64,000 bases of DNA from Picochlorum sp. SENEW3 (lineage: Eukaryota): NCBI GenBank assembly GCA_034226945.1, contig CP120453.1, forward strand, positions 186,001 through 250,000. The letters run 5' to 3'. The notes under the pieces are model-generated. The model was not told the origin of the DNA. It ran no database searches and worked only from the letters and a program-made list of their open reading frames with translations. A program made the position numbers and the translations under genes. Below, piece by piece: positions 21,467-33,828 of this stretch (position 1 is the stretch's first letter; every line of letters begins with the position of its first letter).

Positions 21467-23089
21467 ATGGATCAACTGAAGCAATTGCTGCCTGACAGTT
21501 TTTGGCAAGAGACGTTGGCTGCGGAGAAGGCGCTTCGTCGTATGGAATTTGGATTGCCTGGATTTGGATCTTTAATGATGTATGGGGGTGTGATGCTGGG
21601 GGCGTATGTGATGATGGAACAGTTGCGGTTTAAGATGAAGAGGAGGACAAAGAGTGGCAAAGGGATTCCTGGTCCATCTCTGCCTATTCCATTCTTGGGT
21701 GGATTGATTGAGATGGTGAAGGATCCATATGCGTTCTGGGAGCGTCAGAGACTGTATGCATCCAAGGGGGTGTCGTACAATTCCTTGTTTGGGCAGTTTA
21801 TTGTGTTTGTGACAGACCCGATCAAGTGCAGAGAATTGATGACTGTGAATGATCCAGAGAAGATGCTGATGGTGTTGCATCCATCTGCGAAGAATATTTT
21901 AGGGAAGAAGAATATGGCGTTTGACCATGGGCCTGGGCATAAGGCTATCCGCAAATCATTCCTGTCATTGTTCACCAGAAAAGCTCTCTCCGTCTATGTA
22001 CAGCTTCAGGATGGGATTATTCGAAGGCATGTGACCGAATGGTTGGGCAAGCATGAGGGAGAGGAGATTGAGATTCGCACTCTCTTGAGGGATTTGAATC
22101 TCATGACGTCCCAGGAAGTGTTTGTGGGGCCATACTTGGATGATCCAGAGACAAAGGAGAAGTTTACCGCAGCCTATTTGGCAATGACAGAGGCATTCCT
22201 CGCATTCCCATTGTGCTTCCCTGGTACTACTGTGTGGAAGGGTAGACAGGGGAGATTATATGTGGTCAAAGTGCTCGAGCAGTGCGTCAAGCGTGCCAAG
22301 GTGTACATCCAGAAGGGAGGAGAGCCACGATGCTTGGTTGATTTCTGGGTGGCCAAGTGTTTGGATGAGATCAAGGAGGCGGAAGCTGCTGGGGAACCAG
22401 CTCCAGCTCATTCCACTGACCATAAAATGGCTGATGCGATGCTTTTGTTCTTATTTGCTTCGCAAGACGCATCTACAGCATCGCTGACATGGACCATGGC
22501 TCTGATGGCTGACAATCCAGAGATTTTGGCCCGTGTTAGAGCAGAACAGTACGCTGTGAGGGGTAAGAATTTGGATACTGTGATTGATGGAGAGAAAATG
22601 AACGAGCTTAAATTTACAAGACAGGTTGTGAAGGAGATTTTGAGGTTCAGGGCTCCTGCCCCAATGGTTCCTCAGATGACCTACACCAAGTACCAGTTGA
22701 CTGAGGATTATGCACTCCCACCAGGCACCCTCGTCTTCCCGTCTGTGAATGCTGCCTGCCTTCAAGACTTTGAGGAGCCTCTCAAGTTTGATCCAGACAG
22801 ATTTGGAGAACACCGTAAGGAAGATTTGGTCCATGCCAAGAACTATTTGGTCTTTGGAGCTGGACCTCATTATTGCGTTGGCAAGGAATATGCCATCAAC
22901 CAGTTGGTTACATTCCTCTCATTGATGTCTACAACATGCGATTGGAGCCGACGCCGTACTGAAGACAGTGACAAATGGAAGTATCTGCCAACAATTTATC
23001 CGCATGATACCTTCATCACGTTGCACAAACGAAAAGATCATGACAAGGATGTCGCCAAGGTTATCGATCCCTATGCAGGGAAGGCATAA
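21467..23089 (+). CDS. CYP710: Cytochrome P450 CYP710, sterol C-22 desaturase
   Basis: I-helix FLFASQDASTAS typical of CYP710/CYP61; EILR (ExxR); FDPDRF; heme motif FGAGPHYCVG. Confidence 0.93.
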   Translation: MDQLKQLLPDSFWQETLAAEKALRRMEFGLPGFGSLMMYGGVMLGAYVMMEQLRFKMKRRTKSGKGIPGPSLPIPFLGGLIEMVKDPYAFWERQRLYASKGVSYNSLFGQFIVFVTDPIKCRELMTVNDPEKMLMVLHPSAKNILGKKNMAFDHGPGHKAIRKSFLSLFTRKALSVYVQLQDGIIRRHVTEWLGKHEGEEIEIRTLLRDLNLMTSQEVFVGPYLDDPETKEKFTAAYLAMTEAFLAFPLCFPGTTVWKGRQGRLYVVKVLEQCVKRAKVYIQKGGEPRCLVDFWVAKCLDEIKEAEAAGEPAPAHSTDHKMADAMLLFLFASQDASTASLTWTMALMADNPEILARVRAEQYAVRGKNLDTVIDGEKMNELKFTRQVVKEILRFRAPAPMVPQMTYTKYQLTEDYALPPGTLVFPSVNAACLQDFEEPLKFDPDRFGEHRKEDLVHAKNYLVFGAGPHYCVGKEYAINQLVTFLSLMSTTCDWSRRRTEDSDKWKYLPTIYPHDTFITLHKRKDHDKDVAKVIDPYAGKA

Positions 23090-23138
23090 TCATTGATTAT
23101 TTTTTCATCTGAATTTTCATTATTGCTCTTTTGTAGAA

Positions 23139-23788
23139 TCACACCGTGTACTGGGCCCCAAATCCAACCAGATGCAGCAGCCGTTCTTCTGCCTTTTCCC
23201 GTTCATCATCTTGCTCACTCTTTATTGCTACAGCATCTCGTTTCCTAACAAACATCCGTCGCCTTTGAGCACTACGAGAATCTAAAACACCATTTTTACG
23301 AGTCATTGTATCGCATATTTCTGCAACAGATTCCTTCCACCGTCCAGGATCAACCCCAGCCTCTCTATTCAAACCAGCTTCTGCTCTCACTGCCTCGTCA
23401 CCCTCCTTCTCCTGTTCTGGGTACAATCTCGACGCCAACATAATCGGCAGCGTCACTGAATTCATCTGATTCACACTCTTAGGATGCAACGCGTAATGAT
23501 GCGCCACTGGACGAAGCTGCTCCTGCAACTGCTGCAACTGCACGTTGAGCACTGCATACTTGTCGACGACATCACGCCTGCACTCGCATGATTATAGTAG
23601 TATTCTTTCCTCTGATATTTAAAACATAAAACGTACCATTGCAACAAATGAGGAGCAGACCGTAAGGCAAAGAGAAGTTCGTCAATTTGTTGAACAATGT
23701 CACTTGCTCGCCGTCGAATGTTGGTCATATTCAGCTGTCCTGGGCGATTGCCCATATACATATCATCACGACCAGATGCCTCTGCCAT
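23139..23788 (-). CDS. MED8: Mediator complex subunit 8; intron 23636-23578
   Basis: Spliced QLNMTNIRRRA...W|RDVVDKYAVLN...HPKSVN...LPIMLASRLYPE matches the plant-type MED8 pattern. Confidence 0.78.
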
Positions 23789-24583
23789 GGTGACTTTAAT
23801 TAATACTAGGCACTCTCTATATACAGTTGGAGTTTGGAACTGGTGACCTGTCTGAGGTATGGAAGAGGCCCAAGAAACGTGTCACACACCTGAAGTTTTG
23901 CCAGAAACTTTCACAATGCTTTATGAATGATTTGAGTATACCTGCGAGCAAAGATTTTACCAGAGGAAGAGTCCTAGGAGATCTCTCTCTTCGTAGAGAT
24001 CGGATTCGAGGATTGCGATGATGTCAGCAGGCAAGCATTTCTGGAGAACAACAACGTTTCTATTCAATTGCAGTGTCCCTCTTGCAACAAAGGACACATC
24101 CCTTGCAGAGAGCCAAGATCTCATCTAATGTCCATGTGCAACTTCAAGCATAGGAAATTCAATTGTTCAAAAAATGATGTGGGGGTAGAGATACATGCAT
24201 ACATACATACATACATGTTTTTGCTGATTCTCCAAATATATACAAGATGAAGATGTTTTCATTCATCTGAGCAAATTACATGGAATGTATGGGTCGCAAA
24301 TTGCAGAGAAAGAGGTTTCCAGTCGAAGACATTGTCAGAGCAACAACAAAACAAATGCTCTCTCTGCATGTAGAGAATGGATGCATCCGGTCCAATAGTA
24401 CTACTACTATCGTTTTTTGCCAAAAGATGACGTGGCCTTGTTGAACGGGGGGAACAATGCAAAATCCCTAGACATCAAAAATAATTCCCTCCAAGGCATT
24501 TTCGACTGTCTAGTACTTCCCTATGAAAAAATCTTCGCTCTTTGTCTGAGAAAGGGGGCAGTTGTCGGGACCGTTTTGTCGGG

Positions 24584-25561
24584 ATGGATTTTCAACTTTT
24601 CCGCAAGCTTCGCCGACCAAGAATTCTGATGCTGATGCTGATATTCGTATCTTTTGGCTGTATGTATATCGAGAGGGAGAGAGGGAGGAAGCGAATCTAC
24701 CATGTGTGTACAAAGGATGTACGAGATGGGCCTGTCGCACGTGAGAATACGACCTTGGCTACCGTGAATCCTTTCCAGAGCATACTCCGCAATCATTCCT
24801 CATCCAAGTCAAAAGGATTCTGTGCATGTTGTGGTTTCTCTGGTGAATTAGGCGATGTTTACCATTCGGATACGAAATCATCACGGAGTAACGCTGTGTG
24901 CCCAGTTTGTAGGGCCAGAGAGAGGCACAGGGTGGCTTGTTTAGGATTGTCATACAAAATCACTCCATCCACGGGCAGAATATTACATTTTGGTCCCCAA
25001 AAGACAATGCGGTCACAGATACAAGGTATCAGAAGCATTGATCAGATAAACATGGACTTTTTCCAAGAAACAAAAGGAGGGAATTATAAATACTCTGATA
25101 CCTTGTTTGGAGATGTTACGAAGATATCGTTACCTGATGAATTTGTTGATTTAGTTATTATTTTGCATGTCCTTGAGCACGTTCCGCGCGTTGAAAAAGC
25201 TCTTGCAGAGTTGAATAGGGTGTTAAAGCCTAAGGGGTCTATGATTGTTGAGGTGCCTTGTTGGGATATTCCTAAAAGCATCTTTTGTGGTCTCGATTCA
25301 ACATGGAAAGATCGCATCAAGTGTGCTGGGCAGAATGATCATTACTGGAAATTTTCGTGCAGTGAGTTCTTTGCCATGGTGAAGAAAGCGTCTTTCAAAT
25401 GCACCCCAAGTGTCTGCTCTGAGCGTGATCTCCTTGGTAAATTATCTGCACACAATGCGTCGTTTAAAATCTCAGCTGATGCTCATGATAGTGGCATTAC
25501 TGAGAGGACCTGCCAACAAACCCATCCGATGGGAGTACAAGCCATCTGTGACAAATTATAA
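24584..25561 (+). CDS. Class I SAM-dependent methyltransferase (Methyltransf_11-like) with N-terminal TM anchor and CxxC...CxxC motif
   Basis: CACCG...CPVCRARERHR, ILHFGP, DVTKISLPDEFVDLVIILHVLEHV, ELNRVLKPKG. Confidence 0.8.
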   Translation: MDFQLFRKLRRPRILMLMLIFVSFGCMYIERERGRKRIYHVCTKDVRDGPVARENTTLATVNPFQSILRNHSSSKSKGFCACCGFSGELGDVYHSDTKSSRSNAVCPVCRARERHRVACLGLSYKITPSTGRILHFGPQKTMRSQIQGIRSIDQINMDFFQETKGGNYKYSDTLFGDVTKISLPDEFVDLVIILHVLEHVPRVEKALAELNRVLKPKGSMIVEVPCWDIPKSIFCGLDSTWKDRIKCAGQNDHYWKFSCSEFFAMVKKASFKCTPSVCSERDLLGKLSAHNASFKISADAHDSGITERTCQQTHPMGVQAICDKL

Positions 25562-27297
25562 AGTACCTGGAATTAGGATAGGTATGACCGTATACTGCAA
25601 TGACTGTAGAGAGAAAAGGTTTAATTTATGTATAATTGTTCTCAAAACAATGGCAGAAAGGGCATCAGAGCAGACGCTGATGGACAGCTCTGTGGAGACG
25701 AGTGTTGACTTTTCTGCTTTGCGTGATGTATCAGCTGAGGTGTTGAGCATGCGATGTCAGCATGTCAGCATGGATTTTTCTCGTTAATATGAAGCGTAGA
25801 TCTGCGTGAAAGAAAGAAGAATGCCAAGTAAAGAGATGCTCGTGTGGAGTACATCATTGTTCTATGGCGTTGCACATGCATTGGCAGACATTCTGTTGCA
25901 TCTATAGTGGTCTCCTGTTTGACCGCTACGTTAGGTGTGCCAATTATGAGTGATCTCTCAAGATATTAATAATAAATAATAATAAATTTACCCCGTGATC
26001 ATACTTGGAATGTAAATGTCGCTACCGTCAGATCTCCATAATGTACTCCAAGTTTCCAAACTTTTTTCTTGTGTTCTGGAAATTGTCAGTCAGAGAAAGG
26101 CACCTGCAACCTGTCCAGTGATTCTTCGAGCCTCCCGCATGCCATATTTGTAAGCAAATGACAATTTGTGGTTTCAGGTAGACTGAAAAAATGAACATAA
26201 AATACCTCTTTACGACGAATTTGGCATATTAGTTCTGAGGAACTCTAGAGTTTGACCAGATCTGGTCAAAGTTGAATGAGAATTTTGGACACTTTTGGGC
26301 AAGACTGAAGGCATTGTCTTGTCTCGATTCATGGTATCCTTTGAATTATATGTATATTAGTGCTATTGTCGAGAACATTACATTCATTGGCCTCTTGATA
26401 TGCATGAGCCCTGAATGATGGCCAGGCCCTGTTCTGCACGATCCTGCACTTCTGGATTACTGCAGTAGAGAGTCCATGCGGGAGATTCCTTTTCATGAGA
26501 TTCTTCGCAATGTGTTACGATAATATGGCACCAGAGCCACTGAGAATCGACTGTACAGTGCACATGTGCACGCCTGCGCCCCAGGGCGCCTTCGTTGATG
26601 CTGACTGGCCAAGAAGGCAGGATGGAAGCTACAGGTGAAGCAGGCTCTCTCTCGTGTACACGTGTCGCACAGCCAATGCAGCGAGATCCCATTGTACAAG
26701 AAGCTGGAAAGAGCCAACATGTGATGATACAATGGTATGATATCGTGGGATACCAGCGTGCATGCATGGTTGGGGTGGATTGCAGCATGCCATCAAATAC
26801 CTCGTCTGATGGGAGATGGTCTGTCGACTACGCGTGGTGAGGATTCGAATGCTCTTCTGTCATTGCAGAGTATATATTCGCATATAACGCAGTCTGTGAC
26901 CAATTAATACGTAAAAAGATCCAATATTTGTTGAGAACTGACCCAGAATTTGCCTTGAACGCAAAAGACCAACTTGGGCGTGACGAGGTCGAGTCCCAGG
27001 GTATCTCTCGTGTCTTGGCATGAAAGCGTTTAAAGGGACTACGAATCGCTTACAATATTTTACAATGAAACAAAAGTTGAGTGAACTGATAGAATAGTGG
27101 TGTGGGAGGAAAGCAGACGATACGTGTTCAGGAAGGCCGCGAGGATCACTTCAAGGCGTTTTACTGATTCTTAACCCGTTACTCTCAGTTTTCTCTTTGA
27201 GAAAATCAACTTCATAGGCGTGTTGAGGAGTTTGAGCATCTTTGTGGTATTCAGTGTCTCTGTGACCGGAGGCGTGAATTTCTGCTCAAGGTAAGTC

Positions 27298-30200
27298 ATG
27301 GGGACATTGAGAAGTGTAGGGTCGCCATGGCGATTGTGGATGATTACCGTCACGATGCTCGTGATGGTGCATCATATACACGCATCAAGATATTTAGATG
27401 GATTAGGAGTACGATCGGGTAGGGGTGTATTAGCGACTGAGGATGATGGTGTGTCTGCACTGGAATCAGAGCAAGCTTCAGTGGCTGTCAAGGTTGAGGA
27501 GGATATGGTCCAGCAGTCTCAGAAAGATGTTTCCACGGAGGGCGAAGAGAAGAGTCGCAGCGATTGTACTTTTGATGTAATTATAGATAGCAGTGAGGAT
27601 GGGAAGTCGACGACATTTAACCCGACACCGGTTTTTGTCGTTGATTTTGGCAGAAATGTGACTGCAAAGAACCCATTAAAGGTATGCGTTTTGGTGTATG
27701 AATGACCGCAATACGAAGACAGACTTTTTTAATAACCAATTCAAAATATGCAGATGTTTGAGATATCTGGCTCGAACAGAGTGGATGTGTTGTATAGTCC
27801 ATCTCTGGGATTGTTGTATGTTCTCGCTGCTGTATCAGACAGGGAATCTCCCCAAAAGGTCACTCTGCAAGTACAGCAAGGTGTGACGGAGGATGTTAAA
27901 GGACAGTTGAATGAATTCGCGGAAAAGACGGTAGAGTATGTTCCTTATGAGGACAGTTCAGGAGCAAATATTATATCTGATGTTGCTGCATGGGGTATGC
28001 TAGGAGGACTGGCCATGTCCTTTGGAGCTACACTCATTTCGCCGAATGCTGCGATAGGAATCGGGGCTATGAATTTTGCTGGTTTTGTTCAAACATTTTA
28101 CATTTCTGGGAATTTACCAATCACCAACATGCCAGAGAACTACAGGGCAGCTGCGAATGGTTTGGACTGGGTGGGTCTCAACCCTCCATATGGTCCAGCA
28201 GCTCCATCTACAAATACTGAGCAGGAAGAGGCCCAAGAAATACTTCAGGACTTGGCTGTGCGGTTACCGTATCCACCAAAGAATGTAACTGGGATTAAGG
28301 AGGACACCCCTGTGACACAGAATCCTCCTGGGGAGAATGACGAAGAAAAACCACAGCCTGGACCTGCATCAGATGGGAATGTTACCCAGGTGGTTGTGGT
28401 CAATCTTCCAGAAGATGAACTGGTTGATCAAGATGGAAAGCCTCCAAATCCATTTAAGGATGAGGAGGATGAGGATGAGGATGAGGAGGAAAAAGAGGAG
28501 GAAAAAGAGGAGGATGTTCGTGAGGACAATGGTGAGGAGGACAAGGCTACACCTGAGGAGAAGGTACCTGCTGAGGACTCTGAGAGCGCTCCGACTACAC
28601 TTGATGAGGAAGCAAATGATGATCAAATACCAGGGATCGTACCTTTGGATGCTGATCTGCCGATAGTTCCTCTGCAGAAAGATCCACTGTCGCCACCTCC
28701 GCCAACTGAAATATCTCAGGACGGCCCAGCAGATACAGACTACACCCTGATGGCAGTCTCGCCTGAAAGTGACGAGTATGCATACGTACAGCCTTTATTT
28801 GGCTCCAAAGCCCCTGCCCCTGCTCCATATACGGAGAATGCAGTAGAAGAAGCCTATGAAGATTTGTACTACACGTATGAAGATGCAGCCTATTTTTTGG
28901 ATCAAAATGGTGACAGCGTTGAGCAGATTGTTGATCCTGGAGACGATGAAATTGGTGAGGGAGATGACCCTCATAAAGGCAATCCTGAGAAGGGTAATCC
29001 TGAGAAGGGTAATCCTGAGAAGGGTAATCCTGAGAAAGGGAATCCTAATAAGGGTAATGGCAATGCTGGGCAAGGCAAACCCCCAAATGAAGCAGATGAC
29101 GATGACACCAGTGTCGAGTCGAATGAGGAAGCAGACGAGAAGCCTTCTATTAAGGAAGAAGAAACTGATGTAGACAGCAATGTAGATAACGAATCATTGC
29201 CTGAAGACGGTGCTGATAATAATGACGATACAAAGGAAGATGAAGCAGAAACAAACAAGGAAGAGAAGGAACTATCTGACGATACAACTGACGAGGTAGA
29301 TGATGATGCTGACGGTGAAGAGGAGGACTATGTATTTGTCGACCCCTTGATCGGTGGGCATGATGATTCACAAGAGGCTGAAGCGCCTGAACCAACTGCT
29401 GATCAAGAAGAATCTGAAGCCCCTGAACCAACTGCTGATCAAGAAGAAGCCGAAGCGCCTGAACCAGCTGCGAATAAAGAAGAAGCCGAAGCACCTGAGC
29501 ATGACACCAACGAAGATTTTGCCTATGAGGATACATCATATACATATGAAGATCCGAACTATCAAATCGATGACGAAGAGCACAAAACAGATGATATGGA
29601 ATCAACACATGATGAAACGGATGAAGAAACTGCGCCAGAACCCATCGATGAGCTAGATGAGGGTCAGAGACGGCGCAAATTGCTTCTTGCAGACCCCCTT
29701 GCATCCCTTGCAAGTTCAGGTTTCAGTTATGTTGTCGCCACAGCCACTCCAGAAGATGTATCAAAAAATGGTACTGTAGGTACTTCGACAGAAGAAGCTG
29801 TGGGTGCGTCAGTCATGTCGAGAATCAGAGCCATCCAAGTCTCAGCTGATGGTGGTCCAACCGACGCACAACGGCTTGATGTGCTCTGGAACGTATTATT
29901 CTGGTCTGCAATGCTTCTCTCTGCAGTATTTTTGGTGCATGCAATCATCCTGATCATCATGAAGATTTTGAAATGCGAAACCATTCCAAAGATGCTCCAT
30001 TTGCCGCGGCTGGAACTGCTGACTTTTACAATTATGTTGCCAATGATTGCAGCTGCCGGAGCAGCAGCACTACAGGCAGAATCGGCCGGTGCTATTGCAG
30101 CGGGAGTTATATTCGGAGTCTTGATTCCTTTTGGATATCTATTCGGTGCTGGAATATTTTTGGCGCTTGCTGTCATCAGGCCAACAATATCCAAACGAAG

Positions 30201-31125
30201 AGCAGTGTATGTCGTCCAACAGAGTGATAATCTCAACATCTCTGCTCCTAGTCCAGCTCAGATTGAAACACTGCGACACTCCACCGACCCCGAGGTTTTG
30301 GTAGAGTCTAGCAACGGAAGTCAATCCAGTATAGGATTAGAGGCATCCATGCTGACCACCCAGATGAGGAATGACATGGTTGAGGAGGAAGAGCCAGTGT
30401 CTGAACAGCCACAGGCCTCTCGTGGTAGAGAGAAGAAGCGATTCTCCGCCTTCCTGTACAGATGGATTGTGTCCCCCATCTTTGGTTTCCGATCTGCATA
30501 TAGAGTGAATCATGGAGATCAGAGCCCTGCATGGTTAGGAAGAGGCAAACTTGATGGAGAATTTGTCAAGAGATTTGGCTGCTTCTTTGAAGACGCCCAT
30601 GGTCCACAAGTATACCGGGTTCGCTCTCGATACGAAACGGTACAGCACGAGGAATCCGACACCGCGAATGGTGGTATCCTTGTTTCTGTGGGTGTCGAAG
30701 GAACAATGGAAATATTGCAAACGTTTGGCATCATATTTGCAGCACTGAAAATGGTCTTGTTTGCAGTCATCATTAATGGACCTGGAGGTGTGGACAACGT
30801 GGCCCAAGTTGTGGTACTTACACTAGTTGCACTTTTGCATATTCTGTACCTGCGAATATGTGTACCATATCGGCTGCGAGTAGAGCTCGCTGCAGAGATC
30901 GTTGCAGCATTGTGTGACATGGGTGTCTTCATCTGTGGCATAATTCTTGTAGCAAAGAAGGATTGGACAGAAACCGAGAGAAACAGCATGGGCATCGCCA
31001 TGCTTGTCCTCCAAGCAGTCGGATTCCTTATTTTCATCACAGTACGAGTCTCTTTAGCAATCCGGACGAGTGCCATGACAATAGCCCCATCAGTACAGTC
31101 ATGGTACAGAAACAGAAAGAAATAA
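27298..31125 (+). CDS. Large polytopic membrane protein: Ig-like N-terminal region, TRP-like (fungal FLC/PKD2-type) multi-TM domain, long acidic low-complexity insert; intron 27682-27753
   Basis: FVQTFYISGNLPITNMPENYRAAANGLDW, FVKRFGCFFED and LYLRICVPY resemble the TRP (PF06011-like) membrane domain; multiple TM helices; the intron is phase-consistent. Confidence 0.7.
28975..29058 (+). repeat. 15-bp tandem repeat (KGNPE, about 5.5 copies) in CDS
   Basis: AAGGGTAATCCTGAG units. Confidence 0.9.
29371..29502 (+). repeat. 33-bp tandem repeat (about 4 copies, EAEAPEPTADQ-like) in CDS
   Basis: GAAGC(G/C)CCTGAACCA(A/G)CTGC recurs at 33-nt spacing. Confidence 0.85.
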
Positions 31126-31161
31126 CATGTTTACAATTTATTACATTAATTTAAGTCGCCA

Positions 31162-32196
31162 TTAGCCTGTTGGTCGTAATTTACTATTTCCCGATCCCCG
31201 TCGATGAGAATCTTTAAAGTCATCAAACGCCCGCACTTTCGCCAGCCTCTCCTCGTCATCATCATCATCACTCTCGTGCGCACTCTTCTCTGCAAACCTA
31301 TTCAAATTCTTCTTCTGCTCCTCCTCCTCCTTCATCCGTCTTACCTCAAGCTCACCAAACTCCTCCACAGTCATTGTAGGCAGTATATGAGACGGCTTGA
31401 ATACATTCTGTCGCACTCGCTCACGTGCAACATCCACAGAGGACAGACCTAGCGATGCCTGGCGCAGTGCAACCATCAGTTCATTCGCCTTCTCCAACCC
31501 TTCCCCAACAGATCTCATCCGCTCCTCCTTTGGCATTTTCTCTACAGCTTCTAACACCTCAATTTCCTTCTCGACCATCTGTCGCCCACTCACAGCCTTG
31601 GCAGCATACATGTTGATCCGCATCAATCCCACAGCCCGTGCACCATCATCATCGTCATCTTCATTCCATCCCGCACCATCTTTTCCTTTTCCAACCTTTT
31701 CTATACTCTCTTTCAATTCTTTATCCTTCTTATACAGCGCAATCTTCTCCTCCCGCGACATGACCCACCCTGACCCCCCTGCCTCACCTGCCTCTACAAT
31801 CCTTCTCAACCCTGGCTCCAACGCATCATACTCCAAACACCGCTGCAAAAACGCATCATAGTACACCCGAGCCTTCTTCTTCCATTTGAGAGAATCCTCA
31901 CACGCATCCATCCCATGATACCCAACCGCAAGGTAATACGGCACATTAAAATACCTCATGGACAAGACTGTCAAGTCATCCTTGTCCTCATTCTTCGAAA
32001 ACACCCCCATTGTATCAATCCTCCTCTCTAGCACCAATAACGCATCCATACACGATTCATCAACCGACATGATGGACCCATGAGGGCCTTGTCGCATGGA
32101 TTCTTCAACATGCCGAAGCATGTCCCTCATGGACTCCCCATCCTCAGAGGGCTTCTCCCAGCCACCTGGATCCCTATCTGAAGACTCCAGAGTCAT
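31162..32196 (-). CDS. TAP46: PP2A-associated TAP42/TAP46 (alpha4/IGBP1) protein
   Basis: FSKNEDKDDL, VPYYLA, SREEKI, VFKPSHILPTMTVEE, RAFDDFKDSHRRGSGN. Confidence 0.92.
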   Translation of the reverse strand: MTLESSDRDPGGWEKPSEDGESMRDMLRHVEESMRQGPHGSIMSVDESCMDALLVLERRIDTMGVFSKNEDKDDLTVLSMRYFNVPYYLAVGYHGMDACEDSLKWKKKARVYYDAFLQRCLEYDALEPGLRRIVEAGEAGGSGWVMSREEKIALYKKDKELKESIEKVGKGKDGAGWNEDDDDDGARAVGLMRINMYAAKAVSGRQMVEKEIEVLEAVEKMPKEERMRSVGEGLEKANELMVALRQASLGLSSVDVARERVRQNVFKPSHILPTMTVEEFGELEVRRMKEEEEQKKNLNRFAEKSAHESDDDDDEERLAKVRAFDDFKDSHRRGSGNSKLRPTG

Positions 32197-32490
32197 TTTT
32201 ACTTCATTTCAGATGCACAGATACGTGTATTATTGCTGTAGAAAATGCAAATTGCAGAATCTATTTCTCAAATAAGAAAGATATTTCCTGGCAAGATGAC
32301 TCAAGCCCTCTCCAGCGAAATATCCATCGATTACGAAATTGACTATTTCATTACTCAATAAGAAGAAAGGTACCAACAGAGACGATAACAGGAGTCTTTG
32401 GAGTACCAGGGAGAATTGATTTCATTCCCTCTTGTATGTACACATGTTGAAAAAAATTGAAACATTTCTTCAATAGATACGGATGAGACG

Positions 32491-33402
32491 ATGACAGATA
32501 CTGAATCAATTGAAAACTTGTTGGAACATGCGTATCCATCGCCTGCGCATTGGTCTTCGACGGATGTGGCGGATGTCCTTGTCCTCTCCTTGCACTGTAC
32601 GTTGGTTTTTCTTTCTCTCCCTCTTCTTCTCCGTTTGTGTGTCCGTATCATAGTATAGTACTATACCATGGCTCTGTATGAGCACTACTACTGCTAAATG
32701 AATGGTTTTTTGCATGGATGGTGAATCGAATTCACGTGTGGGAGTCTCATCTTGTATACAGGTATGATGGTGGAGCAAGGGTTTGTTGCACAAGGCAATG
32801 GAGGGCAGGCTGCAAAGCAAGATGAGACAGAGCGGCGCAGACTCTTGGACATGAATCAAAAACCGATATATACACCTCCAAAGCGATGGAATGCTCTGGA
32901 GGACGAGTGGATTGTTTTATATGTGCGGGAAGGATGCCCGCATTGGTTCCGATTGCACTGTGCCCTGCAACGCTCCACAGGAAGGCTCTTTATCCATGCC
33001 TGTGAGACAGACGAGCAAGGTGCACCAAAGCCATCGAATATACAAGTGTTAGGGTTACAATTGTCCAATTATACATGCGAAGGAGATAAGGCGAGTGTGT
33101 CTGAAGACTCGTGGAAGGGGTATATTCACAATGAGAGGACATTGAGAGAAATGTTCCGAGAATTTGTCATGGATCCATTGTGGAAGAATGCAGAGGTAGG
33201 ACATATGACCAATGCCGACGAGAATATGGTTCATCGCAATGATGCAGATGCATCCACAGATACCAGTACCAGTTTGTACGACCGGTTGCCCTCTGTGAAT
33301 CCAGCTGTGGGTGGGCTCATTCTGGGCTGCGTGCTTGTTGGCATTGGGTCGTATATGTTTGCATCTCGAGCATCGCAGCGTCTACAACATCGGAGCACGT
33401 GA
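32491..33402 (+). CDS. PI31/FP-domain-like protein with C-terminal membrane anchor; intron 32597-32761
   Basis: Spliced DVLVLSLH|CMMVEQGF...PKRWN...WIVLY resembles the PI31 N-terminal (FP) domain; C-terminal hydrophobic VGGLILGCVLVGIGSYMF. Confidence 0.55.
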
Positions 33403-33828
33403 TATTTTTTGTTCCTCTTCTTCCTCTTCTTTCTTTGAGGAAGAACTGGTTCCTGCTACTCCAATTCCAATACCAATCCTCCCCTCATGCCACGAGAGAT
33501 ACATGGTCAATCTTTCGTAGCTGTTCCTTCATCTCTGGCTCGCGACTATGTATGTGCATGCAACAGGACCATGCAGATGCATCGAGAGAGTCACCCACAC
33601 TAATTCATTGCATCGAGAGACTATGCATGATTTTACATGGATGTTGCCTCTACAAGTAACTTTAAGGTAGCAGAATCATTAGTAGTATTACAAACAACAT
33701 ACAATGTAAAAGCAATTGTATTCATATGTAAAAGCAGTACCCAGAGAGAGTATTTGTGCCAATCGAATTCGAACTTTGAATTCCATGAATCACTAGTAGC
33801 GCAAGAGATTTCATTATTACATGGATAA

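Noticed and set aside
26384..26840. ORFs of 79-134 aa in the long intergenic gap
   Set aside because: Overlapping on both strands with no motifs; probably spurious
26835..26858. tRNA T-arm-like GGATTCGAAT
   Set aside because: No cloverleaf, acceptor stem or A-box could be built
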